A stretch of DNA of 64,000 nucleotides, from the NCBI GenBank assembly GCA_017883185.1, contig JADGOB010000003.1:7136-71135 (forward strand). The letters are read 5' to 3'. Origin of the DNA: Acidobacteriota bacterium (lineage in GTDB: Bacteria; Acidobacteriota; Vicinamibacteria; Vicinamibacterales; Fen-181). Shown in pieces: positions 45,953 to 53,800 of the stretch; position 1 is the stretch's first letter, and every line of letters starts with the position of its first letter. A program made the translations under genes and the position numbers. The notes under the pieces are model-generated. The model saw only the letters and a list, made by a program, of their open reading frames with translations, searched no databases and was not told where the DNA came from.

Positions 45953-46073
45953 CAGCCTTTCACGCGTGATTTGCTGCCCGCTGCCCGCCGCTTGCTGCCC
46001 GCCTGCCCGCTGCTTGCTGCCCGCTGCCCGCTGCTTGCTGCTTGCTGCTTGCTGCTTGCTGACCGCTGCCGTT
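45936..46073. repeat. Same repeat family in opposite orientation, plus a CTGCTTG heptamer microsatellite
   Basis: GACAGCTGACAGCTGACAGC spans the GT4 stop. It is followed by (CTGCCCG/CTGCTTG)-type units, including four perfect CTGCTTG copies at 46031-46058. The region is a convergent intergenic spacer. Confidence 0.7.
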
Positions 46074-46781
46074 CTACTTCTCTGCCGTATACAGCGTCAC
46101 GATCCCGAACGTGAGCGGGATGGCCTTGGACTCCCGGAAGCCGCACGCTCGCAACAAGTCGAGCATCACGTCGGGAGGGATGAAGCTGCCCACCGATGCC
46201 GGGAGGTAGGAATAGGCTGGGCCGTGCCCGGATACCAGGCGGCCGATACGCGGGAGCACGTAGCGGAAGTACGGAAGGTAGACCGCGCGAATCAGCGCGG
46301 CTGTGGGAATACTGAACTCGAGGATCGCCAGGCGCCCGCCTGGCCGAAGCACCCGGTACATTTCGGCCAGCCCCCGCTCGGGCTTCTCGACGTTCCGGAT
46401 CCCGAACGCGACGGTTGCCGCCTCCATCGAGGCGGTGGCCGCCGGCAGCCGGGTGGCATCACCGCGGGCCAGAGAGATGCGGTTCGTCTTCCCGAGCCTG
46501 CGGATCTTCGCCGCCCCCAGGCGCAGCATCTCGCCGGAGAAGTCCACGCCGAGCACGTGCGCCGCGCCGGGCGAGGCGCTCACCGCCGCCATCGCCACAT
46601 CCGCCGTGCCGGTGCAGACATCCACGATCGCCTCGCGGCCGGTCAACTGCAGCGACAAAATGGCGCGAGACCGCCAGTGCCGGTCGAATCCCGCGCTCAG
46701 CAGGTGGTTGAGAAAATCGTAGCGCGCGGCGATCGCGTCGAACATCGCGGCAACGCGGGCCGGTCGTTTGTCGATCGCCAT
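46074..46781 (-). CDS. ubiE: Demethylmenaquinone/ubiquinone methyltransferase UbiE/MenG
   Basis: MFDAIAARYDFLNHLLSAGFDRHWR, SAM motif VDVCTGTAD, VAFGIRN, LRPGGRLAILEFS. Confidence 0.9.
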   Translation of the reverse strand: MAIDKRPARVAAMFDAIAARYDFLNHLLSAGFDRHWRSRAILSLQLTGREAIVDVCTGTADVAMAAVSASPGAAHVLGVDFSGEMLRLGAAKIRRLGKTNRISLARGDATRLPAATASMEAATVAFGIRNVEKPERGLAEMYRVLRPGGRLAILEFSIPTAALIRAVYLPYFRYVLPRIGRLVSGHGPAYSYLPASVGSFIPPDVMLDLLRACGFRESKAIPLTFGIVTLYTAEK

Positions 46782-46802
46782 GGTTCTTGCCCGCCGACCT
46801 GA

Positions 46803-47747
46803 CTACACGCCCGCCGCCATGCGGTCCGTGATCCGCTGCGCGAGTTCCAGCGCTCGGCGTCCGTCCTGGCCCGGCACCAGCGGCGGTCGATGCTCGCGGA
46901 CCGCGCCCAGGAAATCGGACAGTTCGCGCACGAGCGGTTCCTCGCGCGGCACCTCGAGCTTGCCGCCCTCGATGCCGGGTCGAACGTCGGCGCCGCGCAC
47001 GAGCCGGTACATCTCCACTTCCTGCGCCGCGTAGTCGATCGAGAGATACGCGTCCGGCTGAAAGAACCGGATCTTCCTGACGCGGTCGCGGCTGATGCGG
47101 CTCGCGGTGATATTGGCAATGCACCCGTTCTCGAATCGCAGCCGCGCGTTGGCGATGTCCACCCGGCCTGTCAGCACCGGCACGCCGACCGCCTCGATCG
47201 ACGCCACCGCCGCCGGCACGATCGAGAGGACGATGTCGAGGTCGTGGATCATCAGGTCGAACACGACATCGATGTCGAGGCTGCGTTCCGGGAACGTGCC
47301 GAGCCGGTGAACCTCGATGAACCGCGGGTCTTGCAAGTGGCGCGACGCGACGGCGACGGCTGGATTGAACCGCTCGGTGTGCCCGACGGCGAGCACCGCC
47401 CCGCTCTTCGCCGCCATCGCGATCAGGCCGTCCGCCTCTTCCACCGAACGCGCCAGCGGCTTCTCCACGAGGACGGGAATCCCCTGTTCGACGAACGCCG
47501 CGGCTACCTCGAAGTGAGCCTGCGTCGGCACGGCGATCGACACCGCGTCCACCTGGCCGAGCAGGTCGTGGTAGTCGGTGAACGGCCGCGTGTGGAAGGC
47601 CGCCGCGATTTCCGCCGCGCGGTCCGCCTTGATGTCCACAACGCCCACGAGCATTGCGCCCGGCAGGCTGGAGAGGATGCGCGCGTGGTGGCGTCCCAGG
47701 TGGCCAACACCGATGGCCGCAACCCGAAGTGGCGTAACGTTGGTCAT
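46803..47747 (-). CDS. Gfo/Idh/MocA family NAD-dependent oxidoreductase (GnnA-like by position)
   Basis: Rossmann N-terminus LRVAAIGVGHLGRHHARIL, and VLVEKPLA. Lies directly downstream of lpxI in the lipid A cluster. Confidence 0.8.
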   Translation of the reverse strand: MTNVTPLRVAAIGVGHLGRHHARILSSLPGAMLVGVVDIKADRAAEIAAAFHTRPFTDYHDLLGQVDAVSIAVPTQAHFEVAAAFVEQGIPVLVEKPLARSVEEADGLIAMAAKSGAVLAVGHTERFNPAVAVASRHLQDPRFIEVHRLGTFPERSLDIDVVFDLMIHDLDIVLSIVPAAVASIEAVGVPVLTGRVDIANARLRFENGCIANITASRISRDRVRKIRFFQPDAYLSIDYAAQEVEMYRLVRGADVRPGIEGGKLEVPREEPLVRELSDFLGAVREHRPPLVPGQDGRRALELAQRITDRMAAGV

Positions 47748-47762
47748 AGGAATCGATTCCGC

Positions 47763-48593
47763 TCAGGCGGTCGTCGGGCGACCCCGCCCCACGACCGCGA
47801 TGCCCGCCGCGTCGGCAGCCCTGATGAGTTCCTGCAGGTCGAAGACGAGCGTCTTACCGGCGTCGACCGACAGCACGGTGGCGCCGGCATCCCGCATCGC
47901 CTGGACCGTCGGCACGCCGACGACCGGAACGTCGAACCTCATGTCTTGTGTCGGCTTGGCCACCTTCACGACCCGCGTGCCCGGGCCGGCCAGCCGCCCG
48001 GCGCGCGCGATCACCGCGTCGGTGCCTTCCATCGCTTCGACCGCCACCACCGCCGCGTCCTTCACGACCACCGTCTGACCGATGTCGAGCCCAGCGATGG
48101 CGTCGGCCATGGTGTAGCCGAACGCCAGGTCTGACTCCTCCGGCCCGGTCAGCAGCCGCGATGCGATCCGGCCCGACCGGGCCAGCAGCGGCGTCAGGAA
48201 GGCGGTTGAATCGAGCAACTCGACCCCGTGCTCGCGCATCACGTCGGCGACGGCCGAGATCAGGGCGTCGGTGTTCTTCGACCGCAGCCGGAGCAGCGCC
48301 GAGAGCAGCAGGCGGTCGGGGAGGATGCTCGAGAAGATCTTGACGTGCTTGACCTGGCCGGCCATCACCGCGTGCGTCGCGCCCGCCGCCCGCAGCGTCT
48401 CGATGCACTTGCTCAACTGGCCGAGCGACAGCCAGACGATGTCGGCCCGAGGCTCGCGGGCGGCCGCGGCGTTCAGGTCGGGGGACGCCTCTTCCTGGAC
48501 GGCGACAATCGTCACGTCGTGCCCGAGGCGGCGGGCCGCGTCGAGCACCAGGAAGGGAAAGGTGCCGTTGCCGGCGATCAGGCCGATACGCAT
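47763..48593 (-). CDS. lpxI: UDP-2,3-diacylglucosamine pyrophosphatase LpxI (DUF1009)
   Basis: [15 protein letters not shown]-terminus, [44 protein letters not shown] motifs of the LpxI family. Confidence 0.8.
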   Translation of the reverse strand: MRIGLIAGNGTFPFLVLDAARRLGHDVTIVAVQEEASPDLNAAAAREPRADIVWLSLGQLSKCIETLRAAGATHAVMAGQVKHVKIFSSILPDRLLLSALLRLRSKNTDALISAVADVMREHGVELLDSTAFLTPLLARSGRIASRLLTGPEESDLAFGYTMADAIAGLDIGQTVVVKDAAVVAVEAMEGTDAVIARAGRLAGPGTRVVKVAKPTQDMRFDVPVVGVPTVQAMRDAGATVLSVDAGKTLVFDLQELIRAADAAGIAVVGRGRPTTA

Positions 48594-48626
48594 CGGGGCT
48601 CGTTCATCCTCGCGACACGCGCTGCG

Positions 48627-49883
48627 CTACTCGTCCATCACGGATTCGTCCGCGCGTCGGGCCGGCCGGCGCAGCAGGACCCCGCGGTGCGACCCGCGGA
48701 TGAAGTCGATCAGGTACTTGACCTCCGGGCACACCAGCGACTCGTCGGCCTGGATCCGGCTCACCGCCCGGGTGGTATTCAGTTTCGACACGAGCAGGTA
48801 GCGGTACGCGCGTTTCAGCTTGCCGACCGCCTCGGAGGAGAACCCGCGGCGGACGAGGCCGATCGTGTTGAGGCCGTAGATGCGGGCGCGGTTGCCGACC
48901 GTCTTCGCGTACGGCATCGCGTCCTTGGTGACCACCGAGTAGCCGCCGATGAACGCGTGGCGACCGACGCGGCAGAACTGGTGCACTCCGGAGAAGGCGC
49001 TGATGTTGGCGAAGTCCTCGACGTGCACGTGGCCGCCGAGGGTCGCCCCGTTGCCCAGGATCGTGTCGCTCTCGACGGCACAGTCGTGCGCGATGTGCGC
49101 GTAGGCCATCAGGAGGTTGCGGTTGCCCACCCGCGTCAGCCCGCCACCCTCGACGGTGCCGCGGTGAATCGTGACGAACTCGCGGATGATATTGGCGTCG
49201 CCGATCACCACCCGGGTCGGCTGCCCCGCGTACTTCAGGTGCTGCGGCGGCAGGCCGATCGACACGAACGGCGAGATCTCGTTGTCGTTGCCGACCTCCG
49301 TCCACCCGTCGATCACCGTCGACGCGCCGATGCTGCACCCCTTGCCAATCTTCACGTTGGGCCCGATGAACACGTTCTGCGCCACCGTCGACCCCTCGCC
49401 GATCGTCGCCCCGGGGCTCACGACCGCCGACGGGTCGATGAAGACGCGGTCGGGCTCGATAGCCATCAGCAACTCGGCCTCTGCCACGACCTGGTCTCGG
49501 ACGTACGCCACGCCGTGCAACCGCGCGATCCGCCCGCGGCCGGTCCGCCGCGACACCTCGAGGCGCACGCGGTCGCCCGGCACCACCTGCCGGCGGAACT
49601 TCGCGTCGTTGACCCCGCGCAGGAAGACGCGGGCCGTCGGACGCCCCTGGTCCCGGTGCAGCAGCAGCAAGGCCGAGACCTGCGCCAGCGTCTCGATCAT
49701 CAGCACCCCTGGCATGAGCGGCGCGCCCGGAAAATGGCCCTGGAAGAACTCCTCGTTCACCGTGACGTTCTTGACCGCCACGACGCGCTCATTCGGCACG
49801 TGCTCGGTGACGGTATCGACGAGGAACGAGGGATACCGGTAGCAGAACCGGTCGAGCAGGAGCGGAATGGTATTGGCGTCCAC
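48627..49883 (-). CDS. Fused 3-hydroxyacyl-ACP dehydratase FabZ / UDP-GlcNAc acyltransferase LpxA
   Basis: One uninterrupted frame holds a FabZ hot-dog domain (YRYPSFLVD ... FFQGHFPGAPLMPGVLMIETLAQ) followed by LpxA hexapeptide repeats and C-terminal domain (IDPSAVVSPGATIGEGS ... GGLTRVGNRNLLMAYAHIAHDC ...). Junction reads ..AELLMAIEPDRVFIDPSAVV.. with no stop or start between. The start is uncertain: GTG 49883 chosen, ATG 50015 is the alternative. Confidence 0.85.
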   Translation of the reverse strand: MDANTIPLLLDRFCYRYPSFLVDTVTEHVPNERVVAVKNVTVNEEFFQGHFPGAPLMPGVLMIETLAQVSALLLLHRDQGRPTARVFLRGVNDAKFRRQVVPGDRVRLEVSRRTGRGRIARLHGVAYVRDQVVAEAELLMAIEPDRVFIDPSAVVSPGATIGEGSTVAQNVFIGPNVKIGKGCSIGASTVIDGWTEVGNDNEISPFVSIGLPPQHLKYAGQPTRVVIGDANIIREFVTIHRGTVEGGGLTRVGNRNLLMAYAHIAHDCAVESDTILGNGATLGGHVHVEDFANISAFSGVHQFCRVGRHAFIGGYSVVTKDAMPYAKTVGNRARIYGLNTIGLVRRGFSSEAVGKLKRAYRYLLVSKLNTTRAVSRIQADESLVCPEVKYLIDFIRGSHRGVLLRRPARRADESVMDE

Positions 49884-49953
49884 AGTCGTCGTCAGGGTTC
49901 GAGGGAGCTGGACTACGGGGCGGATCGTTCGGACACAACCGTCGGACGGGCCG

Positions 49954-50024
49954 GAATGAAAAAGAATGAAAATGGAAAATGCAGAAGTGTCCCCTCTGCA
50001 TTCTCCATTCCCCACTTCTCATTC
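49954..50024 (-). repeat. AT-rich imperfect palindrome between skp and fabZ-lpxA
   Basis: Left arm GAATGAAAAAGAATGAAAATGGAAAATGCAGA (49954-49985), 9-nt loop, right arm TCTGCATTCTCCATTCCCCACTTCTCATTC (49995-50024). The core stem is 18 bp. Confidence 0.7.
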
Positions 50025-50082
50025 ACGCCGCGCTCGGCCCATGCGGCCTGCCACCCGCCAGTGTGACCCGCGCGGGCGGCCG

Positions 50083-50796
50083 TTAGTGACGGATCACCGG
50101 CGGCGTCGGCGGCTTCGCGCCCGCCGCCGCCGCGTCGAAGCGCTTGATGATGTCGGACGTCAGATCGAGGCCCGGATCGGCCCACACCATCCCGGCGTCG
50201 GTCTGGCTCAGGAGGATCAGCAGCCCTTTCTCCACCGCCACCTGCTGGATGACGGGCGATAGCTTGCGCTGGAATTCCAGTTGCAGCTGCTGCTGGAGTT
50301 CCGTCATCTCCGCCTCGGCGTCCTGCTGCAACCGCTGGATCTCGACCGTGAGCCTCTCGACTTCCTTCGTCGTGGTGGCGCGCGCCTCTTCGCTGAGCAG
50401 CCCGCCGCTGCTCAGCTTCTGCTGCGCCGTCTCGAGCTGCTTGTTCTTGCCGTTCAGCTCGGCCAGCTTCTTCTCGCGCAGGGCGTTCACCCTGGTGGTT
50501 GACGCCTTCCCCTCGGCTGATTCGGCGGCGATGCGCGGGATGTTCATGTACCCGATCTTCGCCCCCTCGGGGAACGGCCGCGGCGGCTGCGACGGGGCCT
50601 GCGGAACCAGGGTGGCCGGCTTCTGGGTCGCGGGCGCAGGCGGCGTGGTCGGCTTCTGGGTCGCGGGCGCAGGCGGCGGCGTCGGCTTCTGGGTGGCGGG
50701 CGCAGGCGGCGACGTCGGCTTGGCCTGGGCCAATGCAAACGTCGGAACGGATCCCAGCGCCAGGCTGAGTACCACGGCAACGGTGAAGCGTCTCAT
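50083..50796 (-). CDS. skp: Periplasmic chaperone Skp/OmpH
   Basis: Signal peptide, then three 11-aa KPTxPPAPATQ repeats, then an OmpH-like coiled-coil region. Lies between bamA and the lipid A genes. Confidence 0.8.
   Translation of the reverse strand: MRRFTVAVVLSLALGSVPTFALAQAKPTSPPAPATQKPTPPPAPATQKPTTPPAPATQKPATLVPQAPSQPPRPFPEGAKIGYMNIPRIAAESAEGKASTTRVNALREKKLAELNGKNKQLETAQQKLSSGGLLSEEARATTTKEVERLTVEIQRLQQDAEAEMTELQQQLQLEFQRKLSPVIQQVAVEKGLLILLSQTDAGMVWADPGLDLTSDIIKRFDAAAAGAKPPTPPVIRH
50618..50725 (-). repeat. In-frame 33-bp tandem repeat x3 within skp
   Basis: GGCTTCTGGGT(C/G)GCGGGCGCAGGCGGCG.(C/G)GTC repeated at 50618, 50651 and 50684. Encodes KPTxPPAPATQ x3. Confidence 0.85.
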
Positions 50797-50864
50797 CAGT
50801 GCAGTCCCTTTCTCTCTCGTGCTCGGTTTACAGTCGTCTTGCGTCGTACGTGTCTTACCCTGTC

Positions 50865-53800
50865 CTAGAAGGTCGACCCCACAGCGAACTTGAAGGCAAA
50901 CGCGCTCTGCGGCTGCAGGCTGTTGTCCAAGATGCCGCTGCGATGCGGATTGTAAGCGAAGATCAGCCGGAACGGGACGTTCAGCACCGGCATGAAGAAC
51001 CGCACTTCTGCGCCCGTGGACGTCTTGAATTCCCGCAACGCGAACTTCTCACCCTCGCCGCGCACCTGCCCCGCGTCGAAGAACAGAACGAGGCGCACCG
51101 GGCCGGCAATCGATATCAGGTACTCCGCGTTGAACAGCAGCAGCTTGTTGCCGCCGATCACGAGGCCGGAGTCCACCTTGGCCAACTCGAGCGGCACCTC
51201 GCCCGGCATCAGCGCGGGCAAGAACGTCAGGCCGTTGTAGGTGGGCGGAACGGTCGTCATCGCCCGCGGCCCGACCGTCCGGATGTCGAAGCCCCGAATG
51301 CTGTACTCGCCACCCGCGAACAGTTTCTCGGTGATCGGCAGTTGCTTGCTTCCCGAGAACGACGAGATGTACTCGGCCTGCGCCCGGAACCCGAACGACG
51401 CCCGCTTGGTGTGCTGGAAGTAGGCGACGGCCTCCGCGTTCGGCTTCCAGAAGTTTGTGTCGCCCCCGATGCCAGCCAAGTCAACCGAGACAGTATAGCG
51501 TTTACCGGTGGTCGGGAAAATCGGGCTGTCCACGGTGTTGTACACGACGCTCGGCACGATCTTGCTGATCGTGCGCGCACCGCCCGACCCGAGCAGGAGC
51601 GAGTCGGCCAGGTACGGGTTGCTCGCGATCAACTGCGGATCCTGGTACAGCGGGTTGAGGTCCACCACCTTGGTGTGCTCGAAGCTGTAGTTGAGGAACA
51701 TCCGCGTGAAGTCCTTCAGCGGGAAGCCGAAGATGACGTTGCCGCCGGTCGAATCCTGCGTGAACTGCCCAATGTACTCGAGGCGGCGTTTGAACACGTC
51801 GATGCCGCCAGTGATCGCGCGGTCGAACAGGTAGGGCTCGGTGAAGGCGATCTGGTAGTTCTGGGCGCGCGAGCCGGCCTGCAGGTTGATGCTGAACGTC
51901 TCGCCGCGGCCCAGGAAGTTCGCGGTCTGGAACCCCACCGTCCCGAAGAACCCTTCGTACTGCGAGACGCCGGCCCCGAACTGGAGCTGGTTCCGGTTCT
52001 GCTCCTCGAACTTCAGCGTGACGTCCATCTTGTTCTCGGTGCCCGGCGTCTCTTTGACGTCCACGTCCTTGCCACCCTCGAGCGGCTTGAAGTACGCCAA
52101 CTGGTTGATCCGCTTGATCGAGTACTTCAGCGCCTCGGTGTTGAAAACGCCCTCCTCGAACAGTCGAATCTCGCGCCGCACCACGCTGTCGCGCGTGGTG
52201 GTGTTCCCCGTGAAGACGATGCGGTTGACGAAGTACTGCTTCCCCTCGTCCACCTGGAGGACCACGTCCACCCGGGGCGGGCCGCCGCGCACCGCGCGCC
52301 GGGCGGGCGCGTTCTGCGCAGCCCCGGCCGGCTGCTGCCCCGCCTTCACGGGTTCGCCGACCTTGGCCTGTTCGCCGGCCTTGGCCTGTTCGCCCGCCTT
52401 GGCCTGTTCGCCCGCCTTCGCGGGTTCGCCGGCCTTCGCCTGCTCGCCGGCCTTAGCCTGTTCGCCGGCCTTCGCCTGCTCGCCCGCCTTGGCCTGTTCG
52501 CCGGCCTTTGCGGGCGGATCGGTCTTCGCGCCTTCGGCCGCGGCCTTCGCCCGGTCGGCCGCCTCCGCCCCTTCGGCAGGCGTTCCCGCGGGCGGCGCGC
52601 CGTCCTCGTCGTGCGGCTTGGTCATCGGCACGAGGTTGAACTGGTAGTACCCACCGGCGCCGTAGAGCTCGCGCGCCTTCTCGTACCCCTTCTTGATCGC
52701 CTTGTCGCTGTACCAGTCCCCGGCCTTCACCTTGAAGAGGGGACGCAGCGCCTCCGACTTGACGATCTTGTTGCCCTCGAACGCCAGGTCCGCGATCCGG
52801 TAGCGCTCACCCTCGGTGATGGGGATCCGCAGCTGCACCCACCGCACCTTCTTGTCGTTCGAATCCTCGATGTACTTCAACTGGGGCTCGAGCACACGGG
52901 CGCCGATGTACCCGTGGTCGCGGTAGTAGGCGATGACCTTGTCGGCGTCCTCTTCGTACTTGCCTTCCTGGTAGCTGGCGCCGCCCGTGATGAAGGAGAA
53001 GAACGACCGGCCCTTGTTGTTCTTCATCTGGCGCTTCAGCGCGAAGTTGCCAACCGCCTTGTTGCCGGTGAACTCGACGTCGCGGATCTTGACCTGCGGC
53101 CCCTCGTCCACCTGGAACGTCAGGTTCACCAGCTTGGGTCCGCCCGGCACAGACTTGATCTCGGGGGTGACGGTCGCGAACTGATAGCCCTTCTCGGCCA
53201 GCATGTCGAGCACGAGCTTCTTGACCTTCCGCACCATGCCGGGGTCGATGAACGAGTCGAGGCGAATCTGCGCGTTCTCTTCCTTCAGCTTGTCGTCGAT
53301 CTTGGTCTGCTCGAGGTGCTTCGCCCCCTGGTAGTCCACGATCTTGACGCGCTGCCGTTCCTCGATGTTGTAGGCAATCAGCTTCCCGGTCACGCCGTTG
53401 GCAAACGGATAGTCGATCACGTCGATCGACAGGTTGTCGAGGAAGTTCGTGCCCCAGAGCTGCTTGAAGTCCTGCTTCAGCGCGTCGACGGTCGACACGT
53501 CATCCCACGAGGTCCACACGCCCGCGGACGGGCGGCTGGCCTTCGCGTGAATGTAGTAGAGATAGGTCTCGGGCTCGATCACCGAGACGCCACCCTGCTC
53601 CGGGAAACACACGCCGATCAGGTAGATGACGGGGCCGGAACCGGCGGGAGGCAGCTGGCTCGGCGGGCCGATCTCCTGGCCGCACCACATCACCCGGCCT
53701 TCGGGCAGCGGCTTAACGGCGGGCGGCTGCAGAGTCGCGGGCTGCTGAACCGCGGGCTGCGGAGGCGCGGGCTTCTGAGCCGCGGGCTGCGGAGGCGCGG

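Noticed and set aside
49884-49910. GGGTTCGAGGG string resembling a tRNA T-arm
   Set aside because: There is no acceptor stem, D-arm or anticodon arm around it. It lies just upstream of the fabZ-lpxA start. I recognised no tRNA in any intergenic region.
49884-50015. ATG 50015 as the start of FabZ-LpxA (462-aa version in the ORF track)
   Set aside because: The extra 44 codons would translate the palindromic element (MGNGECRGDTSAFSIFILFHSG...) and extend well beyond the usual FabZ N-terminus. GTG 49883 gives a typical length. This is unresolved without N-terminal data, so the start carries reduced confidence.
52343-52510. Regular short direct repeats that could be mistaken for a CRISPR array
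   Set aside because: The units are 18 nt, contiguous with no spacers, and in frame inside bamA, encoding (AKAGEQ)n. No cas genes are present in the window.
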